From a virus (taxonomy: Duplodnaviria > Heunggongvirae > Uroviricota > Caudoviricetes): a DNA stretch of 54,981 nucleotides. Every line of letters starts with the position of its first letter. Within the stretch, counting starts at the first letter, position 1. Where the stretch lies: IMG/VR virus record IMGVR_UViG_2875697941_000003; one strand, given 5' to 3'. Below, piece after piece: positions 1-11,153 of the stretch. The position numbers and the translations under genes were made by a program. The notes below the pieces were generated by a model. That model was not told the origin of the DNA and ran no database searches. It worked only from the letters and a program-made list of their open reading frames with translations.

Positions 1-316
1 TATAATAAACTTACTTTTTTATCATTTTTCCACTTTAACAACATTTTGCTCCACTTTTCCACGANCAAACAACTTGAAATCTGGTTAAAATAACACGCAA
101 CACTATTCTTCTTCCTTGAGTCCGCCCGGAACTCGAAAAACAAACCGAGTTAAAGCCATTTTTCACAAAATCGATTTTGGGTCTCACCAAAATTACGGGG
201 TTGCATACGCATTCGTTTATTTTCGAACGTGTACATACAAATATGCACAAAAATAATCANAATTATTTTCTGAGATGCATTATGATATGAACACCAATTT
301 CGTATAGAGTCTCACT

Positions 317-907
317 ATGTCTCGAATTTTTGCTTACTGTCGGATATCAACGCTGGATCAGACCANCGAAAATCAACGCCGGGAAATCGAAAGTGCAGGT
401 TTTAAAATCAAACCTCAGCAAATAATCGAAGAACACATTAGCGGCTCAGCAGCAACCAGTGAGCGTCCTGGTTTTAACCGGTTGCTTGCTCGCCTGAAAT
501 GTGGTGATCAATTGATTGTGACAAAACTGGATCGCCTTGGTTGTAATGCAATGGATATCAGGAAAACAGTGGAACAACTGACCGAAACAGGTATCAGAGT
601 GCATTGCTTAGCATTGGNNGGCATTGACCTGACCAGTCCAACAGGAAAAATGATGATGCANGTAATTTCAGCAGTCGCTGAATTTGAACGAGACCTTTTA
701 CTTGAACGCACTCATTCCGGGATAGTAAGAGCCCGCGGCGCAGGGAAACGTTTTGGTCGACCACCTGTGTTAAATGAAGAACAGAAACAGGTGGTATTCG
801 AACGAATTAAGTCAGGTGTAAGTATAAGTGCCATTGCCCGGGAATTCAAAACCTCGCGGCAAACCATTTTAAGAGCCAAAGCAAAACTTCAGACACCTGA
901 CATATAA
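317..907 (+). CDS. pinR: Serine recombinase / DNA invertase (Pin/Gin/Hin family, PinR-like), 196 aa
   Basis: N-terminal catalytic motif YCRISTLDQ with the nucleophilic Ser, C-terminal HTH; sits next to tail-fibre genes as in Rac/e14; four N bases lie inside the ORF. Confidence 0.85.
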
Positions 908-925
908 AAAATAATCTCGGTGTGA

Positions 926-1204
926 GATGCTTTACGTCTTCCAAGCCCCCTTCCTTGCCGTAAATGGAAAGATACATCTAATTATAGAATTTATATGTTT
1001 TACCCTACGGCAGTGCTGGCCATTCAATATCCTGTGCAGTTGACGTATCAACACNNNNNNNNNNNNNNNNNNNNNGATGCTTTACGTCTTCCAAGCCCCC
1101 TTCCTTGCCGTAAATGGAAAGATACATCTAATTATAGAATTTATATGTTTTACCCTACGGCAGTGCTGGCCATTCAATATCCTGTGCAGTTGACGTATCA
1201 ACAC
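926..1204. repeat. Exact 129-bp tandem duplication (926-1054 and 1076-1204) split by a 21-N gap; probable assembly artifact
   Basis: Identical flanks on both sides of N run 1055-1075. Confidence 0.7.
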
Positions 1205-1880
1205 GGTTCAGCAATACCCGATACTTTTTCCATGCTTCCAGCAACGAGATTTCTTCCTCCGTTGCAATTTCCAGATCTGCAGCATCCTGAAGCGGCGCAA
1301 TATGCTCACTGGCTACCTGCATCAGGTTGTTTTTTGTTTCTTCCGCCTCCCGGATCCGGAACAGTTTTTCTGCTTCCGTATCCTTCACCCAGGCTGTGCC
1401 GTTCCACTTCTGATATTCCCCTCCCGGCGATAACCAGGTAACATTTTCCGGTAACGGACCGAGTTCAGAAATAAATAACGCGTCGCCGGAAGCCACGTCA
1501 TAGACGGTTTTTCCCCGATGATCTTCAACGAGATGCCACGATGCCTCATCACTGTTGAAAACAGCCACGAAGCCTGCCGGAATATCTGGCGGTGCAATAT
1601 CGGTACTGTTTGCTGGCAGACCTGTATGAGGCGGAATATATGCGTCACCTTCACCAATAAATTCATTAGTTCCGGCCAGCAGATTATAAATTTTTATGGT
1701 CCGTGGTTGTTCACTCATTCTGAATGCCANNNNNNNNNNNNNNNNNNNNNCGGTACTGTTTGCTGGCAGACCTGTATGAGGCGGAATATATGCGTCACCT
1801 TCACCAATAAATTCATTAGTTCCGGCCAGCAGATTATAAATTTTTATGGTCCGTGGTTGTTCACTCATTCTGAATGCCAT
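1155..1880 (-). CDS. tfaR: Tail fibre assembly protein (Tfa family); ORF inflated by an N-gap duplication
   Basis: Lambda Tfa-like N-terminus [24 protein letters not shown]... appears twice in the ORF because of the 1601-1879 duplication; lies directly downstream of the side tail fibre gene. Confidence 0.75.
1601..1879. repeat. Exact 129-bp tandem duplication (1601-1729 and 1751-1879) split by a 21-N gap; probable assembly artifact
   Basis: Identical flanks around N run 1730-1750. Confidence 0.7.
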
Positions 1881-4800
1881 TATGCAAGCCTCACAATATA
1901 GTTAAATGCGATGTTTTTGACGGTGTTTTCCGCNTTACCAGCAGCGTTAACGGTGATGGTGTGTCCATGTGAACCAATCGCAACGGAGTGCGTATGAGCA
2001 CCAATACCGACAGTATGCGCGTGTGCACCTGCAGATGCTGCTGTGCCGGACAGTGANTGGCTATGATTACCATCTGTACTGGTATTNGCTAACCACCCCG
2101 TAGACATACCTACTGAGCCTTGTACACCCCAGGTATTTTGACCTGAGCTTGTATAACCATATTGATAAGTATCTTTAAAAACACTGGGGTTAAATCGACG
2201 GCCATCTCTATGGCTGTGATTACCAGCTGCATTCGTGCTGCCACNNNNNNNNNNNNNNNNNNNNNAGCCTTGTACACCCCAGGTATTTTGACCTGAGCTT
2301 GTATAACCATATTGATAAGTATCTTTAAAAACACTGGGGTTAAATCGACGGCCATCTCTATGGCTGTGATTACCAGCTGCATTCGTGCTGCCACTTAAAC
2401 TATGAGTATGCGCACCAGTGTTATTCGTGGATTTAGTGCCGTAATCAAACGATGATGTGGTTTTCGTACCCAAATCCGTACTGGATACGCTGGCGCTGTG
2501 GGTGTGCGATTTAATGCCGTCCTGTTCCTGAGACAATACGGCACGACCACTGGCGGGCTTGCCCTTAATCGTCCAGCCACGCATATCAGGGATCACGCCT
2601 GACGGATAAGCGGCTGCAAGTTTCGGGTAAGCAGATTTGTCAAAAGTCTGCCCCTGCATCAGGGCATAACCAGACGGAACGGTATCTGATGGCCACGGGA
2701 TTGGTGCGCCGACTGGGTAGCTTTCTGGTGGAAGATTTTTCGAGGTATAAACTTCTGCCCAGTCTTCCTCAAAACCATAACCGTCTCTTGAAGAACGGTA
2801 GAACAGACCACCATTTCTGTAATGCGCCTTCATCTGCAGGGTCCGGCAACTTCCGACTCCGGTATAGAAGTTAACCAGAATATAGCTGTCGCCAGAGCGG
2901 GTGACATTGTAAGCGCCTGATTCGGCATTCCAGGGAACGCCACCATCCGCATCGGCATATGTATCCGTTGCCCTTCTGGCAAAAGCAGCCACATGCGCGG
3001 CGGTTAAAGTAATATCTTTTGAACCATCAAACTCAACCCCAGAAACCAGTCTTGGCGTTTGCAGCTTTGTTGCTGTCAATGCGTTACCGTTCAGACTTGC
3101 AGACAGCTTGGTTCCAATAACCAGTTCGCCGGTTGCGTTATCAATAGCAAACGGTCTTAATGTATTCCATCCACCATAAACATCACCTTGATTGGTAAGC
3201 AGCAGGTAAGTTTTAGCGCCATCATTACGCCATAATGCCCCATACTCCCCACCTATCATTCGAATCTGATTACCACCACGCGCTACAATTTCGTCTGTGG
3301 CAAAAAGTTTTTTGCACGACAAGTTATCGTTAACGATTAACGAATGAGACTCATAAAAACCACGCCCACTCTTAAAATCAAGGATAACGTCCGCCGCGAT
3401 ACATTCAGTCGCTGGATTTGTTGCCCCAAACTTATAGGTCGTATCATTAACAACGAGATCAGCACCAGGTGCGGATATTGACAGGCCATCTTCGATAAAC
3501 GCAAAAACAGGGAAAGCAGCGCCATCAACATAGAACACAGAGCGCAAATCATCGCCCTTATTACTCATCATTATTGAGTGGATGGCTCGTTCATTGTTTT
3601 GATATTGCCAGAACATTCCATAAGCATAACGCCCCCTGTCAGTCCAGCCACCAGGCATAACAAATCCGTTAAACTCGCAGTTATTCATCGGATCGCCTGC
3701 GGTTCGCGTTGCCGTGGTGATAATGACCCTTGATGCCAGTTCGCTTACTGAGCCAGCAGAACGCATAACAACAACAGGGTAATATTTTCCAGATGTTGCA
3801 CCTGCAGGAGCGTTAACCCGCACATAACGCATACCACGCTTATCAGCAAAGTCTGTTTTACTGACCGCGTTAATGTTGTTCAGGAAGCGTCCCTTATCGG
3901 GTATATCAGCGCCGTTCTGGTCTTTCTGCAGACGTTTCTCTGCATTGTCATAGGCTGATTTTACTGCCTTTGGCGTTGCCGCCAGCGTTTCAGACGTGCT
4001 GTTGGTCGCGCTGCTTAGCTGGATTATCCCTTTCTGTGCTGTCGTTGCATCCTGTGCGGTGTATTTCCCGTTAGCCAGGTCATACGCGGCCTTAACGGCT
4101 TTTGGCGTTGCCGCCAGTGACTCGGAAGTGCTATTGGTCGCACTGCTGAGCTGTACTATCCCCTTTTTCGTCGTGCTCGCATCCTCAAGCGCCACGGCGG
4201 ATGCAATATCCTCTGCCCGTTTTGCCGCTGTCTCAGCGCGCGTTGCCGCGGATTCCGCCGTACTTTTGCTCTGAGCTGCCGCCGTCGCACTGCCAGCTGC
4301 CTCTGTCGCCTTCGTGGATGCCGTCGTGGCGCTGCCCTTCGCTGCGGACGCTTGTCTGGTCGCCTCATCTTTTGAAGCAGACGCAGATGATGCCGATGAC
4401 GCCGCCGAACTGGCGGACGATGCGGCAGCCGTTTTTGAGGATTCTGCGCTGGTTTCCGACGCTTTCGCGTTCGTCTCGGATGTCTTCGCTGCGGAAGCAG
4501 ACCTCGCTGCTGCGCTGGCCTGTACAGCGGCTTCGCCAGCCTTCGTTGTGGCTGTTGAAGCGGACGATGCAGCACTTTCTGCCGATTTTCCGGCGGCGGT
4601 GGCACTGGCTGAGGCCTGCCCGGCACTTGTTGACGCGGCACTGGCAGACGACGCAGCCGCTGTTTTTGAGCCTGCCGCAGCTGAGGCACTCTGTCCCGCT
4701 GCCGTTTCAGAAGACCTGGCGTTTGTCTCAGACGTCTTTGCCGCCTTCGCGGAATTGCCTGCCGCCGTTGCCGAGGAAGCGGCACTACTGGCGCTTGATG

Positions 4801-5560
4801 ATGCGTTCGTTTCTGATGATTTCGCTGCCTCTTTTGAGGCCGCCGCATCCCGGGCTGAGGTGGCAGCTTCTGACGCTTTCGTGGTCGCGGTGGATGCTGA
4901 AGTGGCTGCTGATTGTTGTGACGCTGCCGCATTCGTTTCTGACGTTTTTGCCGCAGCGGCACTGGTGGCCGCCGCGCTTTTTGAGGACTCTGCAGCGGCA
5001 GCACTTTTTGATGCTTCAGTGGCCTTTGCTGATGCCGTTCCTGCGCTGGAAGACGCTGACTGAGCCGACGAAGCGGCCTGTCCGGCTGACGTGCTGGCTG
5101 CGCGTGCTGAGCCTGCAGCATCAGTCGCATGGGTTGCCGCCTCACGGGCAGATGTGCCGGCATCGCCGGCTGACTTCTTCGCGGCTGCCGTGTTCTGTGC
5201 CACTGCGGACGCGTTACGCGCCACCTCTTCCACCATCAGTTCAAAACGGCGCAGTGCCTCTGGCCGGACATCATCCTCCGTCATTGCACCGAGGAAATCA
5301 TTCAGTGTGCCCGGCTTTGAGTCCTCATATACGGTGATAATCCCGGCGTGTGACGGCGGGAATCCCTCCACCAACAGACTGACGCTGTACTGACCATACT
5401 CGACGTCCATTGTGTAACGCCCGGCTTCATCCGGGTTTTCTGAGGCCACTGTGTTCACCACCACCGTGGTGCTGTTGCGCCTGGCCTTTAGCTGAATGGT
5501 GCAGTTTTGTATCGGCTTACCTGCGCCATCTTTCAGTACACCTGAAATCCGTACTGCCAT
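1880..5560 (-). CDS. stfR: Side tail fibre protein (Stf-like): lambda-Stf-like N-terminus, Ala/Ser-rich repeat shaft, His-rich distal repeats
   Basis: N-terminus [38 protein letters not shown] matches lambda Stf; C-terminal [15 protein letters not shown]...[11 protein letters not shown]; contains N-gap duplication 2116-2394 and single Ns. Confidence 0.85.
2116..2394. repeat. Exact 129-bp tandem duplication (2116-2244 and 2266-2394) split by a 21-N gap; probable assembly artifact
   Basis: Identical flanks around N run 2245-2265. Confidence 0.7.
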
Positions 5561-5571
5561 ATTCCCCCCAC

Positions 5572-5598
5572 AAAAAAGCCCGCCTGAACCGGCGGGCT
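5572..5598 (-). terminator. Rho-independent terminator downstream of lom
   Basis: Minus-strand hairpin AGCCCGCC-GGTTCA-GGCGGGCT followed by TTTTTTGTGG. Confidence 0.75.
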
Positions 5599-5624
5599 GT
5601 CATAACACTGTGTTACCTGGCTAA

Positions 5625-6224
5625 TCAGAATTTATAACCGACACCAACGATGAAACTGTTGGTACGCCAGTCACCGCTGCCGGAGCCTTCATAAGCGACG
5701 TCAACGGCCACGGATTCGGTCGGGTTAAACTGCACGCCAGCTCCCCACGCCAGAGAGGTGTTACTGTGGCGAGCGTCATCACTTCCGGTCAGCACGTCGT
5801 GCGTTTTTCCCTTGTTGTCAGTTACGCGGAGATAATCCCCGGAAAAAGTCGACACACGGCTGTAAGCCACGCCTGCCATCGCATACGCGCTGAACCATTC
5901 ATTCACGCGTACAGACGGCCCCGCCATCACGCTGAACCAGCGGTTACGCACGGAATCTTCATGCCAGCGGGTATCGCTGTAACGGGTAAGCTGGCGATTC
6001 TTGTCTCCTGCATAGCTGAACGACGTCACCATCCCCAGTGTGTCCGTAAACTCATAACGGTATTTCACGTTAATCCCGTTCAGATCATCACTGCCGGGAA
6101 CGTTCGTCCGGGCATGAAGATACCCCGCGCTCAGCGTGGACTGATGTTCAGACGCCCATACAGGCGCACCGGATACGGCCAGACAAATGGCTGCGGACAA
6201 AATGGCTGCACAAACTTTACGCAT
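5625..6224 (-). CDS. lomR: Outer membrane beta-barrel protein Lom (Ail/Lom family), 199 aa
   Basis: Signal peptide, aromatic C-terminal residue (GYKF), lambda-Lom-like sequence and position between J and stf. Confidence 0.85.
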
Positions 6225-6248
6225 AATTACCTCTCGCTTTTCTGCAAT

Positions 6249-6273
6249 AAAAAAGGCGCCATTTCTGGCGCCC
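6249..6273 (-). terminator. Rho-independent terminator between J and lom
   Basis: Minus-strand hairpin GGGCGCC-AGAAAT-GGCGCC followed by TTTTTTATTG. Confidence 0.7.
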
Positions 6274-6291
6274 GTATATGGGTTATAAAAT

Positions 6292-9200
6292 TCAGCTGAT
6301 ACTGATGCCTGCGGTGGCTTTCTTCATCACCACAACCAGCAAATCGCTGATACTTGCTGTGGGATACCAGTCATTTACCAGCCATGCTGACACCGAAAAC
6401 TCCAGCGTCATGTGGCCGTGACCAGCTGGCATATCAATAACACCACTGTAAATCAGCGTATTATCCAGCGCGGTACGGTTATAAATTTCAGCACCATTTT
6501 TCTTCACTATCAGGCGGCATGAGGAGTAAATATCAGTATGCTCTCTCTCATGTTTAGCACCGCTGAATGCCACCGCCGGAATAACAATCTGCCGGTCAAA
6601 CGGCTGATCGTCATAAATCCTGACGGTAATGGTCCCTGATGGCCACCGCTCCGGTGCCCGGGAGTCCCGCGGGAAAGCCTTACCCACTGTTTTGACAATA
6701 TCGCCTTCAATCTGGTTGGCTGACAGTTTCCCTTTAATCTGACAGTTCTCATTTATCGTAACGTTGTTGAGCGTCCCGGCGTTCGCATTCACACTGCCAC
6801 TGATATCTGCATTTTTAGCGGTCAGCTTTCCGTCCGGTGTCATGGAAAATGCAGGAGGATTACCGCCGCTGGTAATGGTGGGAGCCGTCAGATATTTCAG
6901 GAACACTTCATTCATGAATATCTGATCACCCTGACCAACAAACATCGGTTTTGTGTTGCCATTTGCAGGATTAATCATCGCAATCCTGTCTGCCGCCAGC
7001 AGCACCTGACTCTGCATGCCGTCGGGGGTGTTCTCAATACCGGCACCGATACCCGCAATATAAAGGCGTCCGTCCTGCATCTGCTGCAGCTTCACAGCCC
7101 ACATGCTGTTCAGATTATTATTTGTATCAACCTGAACCTTCTGTATCTGCTGGATCGCTGCACTCTGGTCTTCCAGTTTCTTATTGACGGTCTGTGTGAT
7201 TTCATTGCTGACATCCGTAATGGACGTCCTGATTTCAGCCAGGTCAGGCGCAAGCTGACCGTTATCAATCTGCGTCCACAGCTCCTGAGCCAGATGGGTT
7301 TTCCCTATCTCGCCTTTGAAAAAATCCAGATAGCCGGATGCGTCATCACTCGGCTGACCAACAGCCTCCACGAATGCCGATTTGCCAACGGTGTTCACAC
7401 TGCGAACGTAAAAATAATAATTATGGCCCGGCCTGATATTGATACTGGCGGCTATCCAGTACAGCGCCGTACCAAGATAGCGGGCTGTGGTTTCAACCTG
7501 CCTGATATCCGCAATCCGCTTTTCCGAGAACCAGAACTCAAACTGTACCGTCGGGTCATAAACGGCAAGATGCGGCGTGGCGGTTATCTGAAAATAGCCC
7601 GGCGTCAGCTCAAGCCGCGACGGCACTGCAGGTGCGGCAATCCGGAACGATACCGATGCCGGATCGCCCTGCTGCCCCCACGCATTTACCGCCCGGACTG
7701 TCAGCCTGTAGTTCCCTGGCGCCAGCTGCGTGAAGCGGTATGTGGTTTCCGTCGTCCGGGCCGTGCTGACCAGCCGCTCACTGCCGTCATCCGCTGCCAC
7801 GGTCAGGCGAAGCAGGAAGCTCACGCCCTTCACCACCTTCGGCGTGTCCCAGCGCGCCAGCACCTGATATTCCCCGCTGTCTGCGGTGACTTCGGCGGTC
7901 AGGTGCTGCACCGCTGGCGGCGTGACACCATTCACCGTGCCGCTCTGGTCGCCGTCAAAGTGCGCCCCGTTATCCACGATGGCTTCTTTTTCCGGTACAT
8001 GCTGCACGGCAGTGATGGCATACGTGCCGTCATCGTTCTCACGGATACTCACACAGCGGAACAGGCGCTGGCGCAGCGTCGGCAGCTTCAGCCCCCACAC
8101 ACTGTATTCTGCAACGCCGTCAGGAACCCGGTTCACTTTCACCTTAAGTCCGTCGGTGACGGACTGAACCTCCACGCTGACCGGATTACCACTTCCGTCA
8201 ACCAGGCTTATCAGCGTGGTACCGGAGGATGGCAGCGTGATTTCACGGTCGAGCGTCAGCGTCCGGGTCTGGCTGTTCACCGCCAGCACGCGACCACCGG
8301 TGCTGATACCGGCATAGTCATCATCGCAGATTTCAATGACATCCCCCGGTACATGGCGAAGCCCTTCCGCACCCACGCTGAAGTCCACGGTCTGCGTCTC
8401 CAGCAGTTCCGTTTTAATCAGCCACAGCCCGGCGCGGTGTGCCTGCCCCCGGCTGGTACAGCCAAAGGCATCCATCTTCGTGACATTACGACCGTAACGG
8501 GCAATGGCCTGCGTATCTTCAACAAGCTCTGTCGCCGTCTCCCAGCCGTTGTCCGGGTCAATCCAGTTCACCTCAACGGCATTATGGCGGTCCTTCAGGG
8601 CGCTGAAGCTGTAGCGGAACGGCGCGCCATCATCCGGCATCACCACATTACTGCGGTTATAGGTCCACACCTTATCCGACGGTCGGTCCTGCNNNNNNNN
8701 NNNNNNNNNNNNNCAGTTCACCTCAACGGCATTATGGCGGTCCTTCAGGGCGCTGAAGCTGTAGCGGAACGGCGCGCCATCATCCGGCATCACCACATTA
8801 CTGCGGTTATAGGTCCACACCTTATCCGACGGTCGGTCCTGCACGAACGTCAGCGTCTGCCCGTTCCATACCGGCATACAGCGCATCGCCGAGCAGAAAT
8901 CACTGAGCACATCCCACGCCTTGCGCTGTGTGGTCAGGTACGCATTACAGGTGATGCGCGGCTCCGTGCCGCCAAAGCCGTCCGGCACTGACTGGTCGCA
9001 GTACTGGCCGATGACATACAGCGCCCATTTGTCCACATCCGCCGCACCAAGACGTTTCCCCANNNNNNNNNNNNNNNNNNNNNTCAGGTACGCATTACAG
9101 GTGATGCGCGGCTCCGTGCCGCCAAAGCCGTCCGGCACTGACTGGTCGCAGTACTGGCCGATGACATACAGCGCCCATTTGTCCACATCCGCCGCACCAA

Positions 9201-10207
9201 GACGTTTCCCCATGCCGTAGCGTGGATGGGTCAGCATATCCCACAGACACCAGGCCATGTTATTGCTGTATGCTGGCTTAAACGTTCCGTCCCAGATACC
9301 GCTGTATTGCCGAGTCTGCGGGTTATAGTTCGACGGCACCTGCAGAATACGCCCGCGCAGATGATAATTACGGCTCACCTGCTGGCTGCCGAACTGCTCC
9401 GAATCCACCTGTACGCCGACCAGTGCCGTGTTCGGGTAGCACTGTTTCACATCGATGATTTCGGTGTATGACGACCAGAGCGTTTTGTTCTGCAGCTGGT
9501 CTGTGGTGCTGTCCGGCGTCATCCTGCGCATCCGGATATTGAACGGGCGCGGCGGCAGGTTACCCACCACCACCGATGCCAGATACTGCGAGGTGGTTTT
9601 GCCTTTAATGGTGATGTCTTTTTCCGTCACCCAGCCACCATTACGCTGTATCTGAACCAGCAGGCGGACTTCCGACGGATTCCGGTCCCCCTTTGAGGTG
9701 GTTTCCACCAGTGCCTGCACACCGAAGGTAAAGCGCAGACGGTCGATGTTTGCCTTTTTCCGTCACCCAGCCACCATTACGCTGTATCTGAACCAGCAGG
9801 CGGACTTCCGACGGATTCCGGTCCCCCTTTGAGGTGGTTTCCACCAGTGCCTGCACACCGAAGGTAAAGCGCAGACGGTCGATGTTTGCCGACGTGATGG
9901 TCCTGGTAATCGGCGTGTCGTACTTCACTTCCGTACCCAGCACCGTCTCGGAGCCGGAGGATTCAAATCCCTCCGGCGGTGTCTGCTCCTGCTCACCGGC
10001 CCGGAACACCACCGTGACGCCGGATATATTGGTATTCCCCTCACTGTCCAGCACCGGCGTACTGTTCAGCAGCACGCTTTTTAATCCGTCCACCGGACCT
10101 TCAACCGGCCCTTCGCTGATGGCATCGATCACACTCAGCAGCTGCGTGGACTTCAGGTTGTCCTTCGCTTCGCGCGGGGTATGCCCCTTACTGCTGCCTT
10201 TACCCAT
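6292..10207 (-). CDS. Tail tip / host-specificity protein J (central tail fibre); frame broken in this sequence by duplications
   Basis: Lambda-J-like sequence throughout; ORFs 6292-9720 and 9641-10207 are two pieces of one gene split by the 136-bp tandem duplication at 9619-9890; two N-gap duplications also lie inside. Confidence 0.85.
8564..8842. repeat. Exact 129-bp tandem duplication split by a 21-N gap (Ns 8693-8713); probable assembly artifact
   Basis: Identical flanks on both sides of the N run. Confidence 0.7.
8934..9212. repeat. Exact 129-bp tandem duplication split by a 21-N gap (Ns 9063-9083); probable assembly artifact
   Basis: Identical flanks on both sides of the N run. Confidence 0.7.
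9619..9890. repeat. 136-bp perfect tandem duplication without Ns (9619-9754 and 9755-9890) inside J; shifts the frame
   Basis: Direct comparison of the two copies; 136 is not a multiple of 3. Confidence 0.7.
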
Positions 10208-10267
10208 TCGTCATGCTCCATAAACGATAAAACCGCCCGGAGGCGGTTTCACATAAAACATTTTGCA

Positions 10268-10909
10268 TCAGCGACCAATCACCACAACCTGACCACCATC
10301 CCCTTCGTCTGCCGTGCTGATCTCCTGAGAAACCACGCGTGACCCCACGCGCATTTCACCGTACAGAACCGGCAGAACATTGCCCTGGGCAACCATGTTA
10401 TCCAGTGAAGAAAAATAGGTATTCTGTTTGCCGTTATCCGTTGTCTGTGTGCGGGGGGTTTTGGGTTTAGGGGCCAGCATCTGTGCAACACCGCCAAGCG
10501 TCATACTGGCACCGAGAGAAAACAGCAGATTACTCGCCATAATTCCTACCCCCGGCATCCATATAGCAACCGCCATAACAGCCGCCCCCAGCACAGCCTG
10601 AAACACACCGCCACTTTTGGCTCCTGCCAGACGCGGCACGATATGGATCACGGCACCATTTTCCAGCGGCTCATTAAGACGGGCAGACAATTCGGTTTCA
10701 CCTGCATCACGCCCGGCAATCCGTACCTGATACCAGCCGTCGCTCAGTTTCTGACGAAATGCCGGGATCTGCATGGCCAGCGCCCGGATGGCTTCGGACC
10801 CCGTTTTCACTCGAAGGTCGATGCGGCGGCCAAATCGTTGTAAATCCCCGTAAAGGCAGATGCGTGCCATGCCCGGTGACGCCAGAGGGAGTGTGTGCGT
10901 CGCTGCCAT
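10268..10909 (-). CDS. Tail assembly protein I
   Basis: Lambda-I-like sequence with C-terminal hydrophobic segment; position between K and J. Confidence 0.8.
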   Translation of the reverse strand: MAATHTLPLASPGMARICLYGDLQRFGRRIDLRVKTGSEAIRALAMQIPAFRQKLSDGWYQVRIAGRDAGETELSARLNEPLENGAVIHIVPRLAGAKSGGVFQAVLGAAVMAVAIWMPGVGIMASNLLFSLGASMTLGGVAQMLAPKPKTPRTQTTDNGKQNTYFSSLDNMVAQGNVLPVLYGEMRVGSRVVSQEISTADEGDGGQVVVIGR

Positions 10910-11153
10910 TTGTCGGTGTACCTCTCTCGTTTGCTCAGTTGTTCAGGAATATGGTGCAGCAGCTCGCTGTCACCACAGTAAATGGCGGCATGATTCGGCA
11001 CCGATGAACCAAAACAGCACGGAGTGTGTGCGTCGCTGCCATTTGTCGGTGTACCTCTCTCGTTTGCTCAGTTGTTCAGGAATATGGTGCAGCAGCTCGC
11101 TGTCACCACAGTAAATGGCGGCATGATTCGGCACCGATGAACCAAAACAGCAC
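10888..11153. repeat. 133-bp perfect tandem duplication without Ns (10888-11020 and 11021-11153) at the K/I junction; shifts the frame
   Basis: Direct comparison of the two copies. Confidence 0.7.

Noticed and set aside
35-250. 71-aa ORF at the left end of the window
   Set aside because: AT-rich region, contains an N, no RBS; likely non-coding prophage-end or host-junction DNA.
995-1441. 148-aa plus-strand ORF between pinR and tfaR
   Set aside because: Spans the 129-bp duplication and N gap and runs antisense to the tfa C-terminus; artifact.
4156-5337. Long ORFs (335 aa Arg/Pro-rich, 378 aa and 249 aa Ala/Asp-rich) overlapping stfR in other frames and on the opposite strand
   Set aside because: They sit in the GC-rich Ala/Ser-repeat region of the tail fibre gene; composition is extreme low-complexity and typical of frame artifacts.
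7294-8991. 565-aa ORF antisense to the J gene
   Set aside because: Fully embedded opposite a well-supported lambda-J-like gene; Arg/His-rich low-complexity translation; extended partly by the N-gap duplication.
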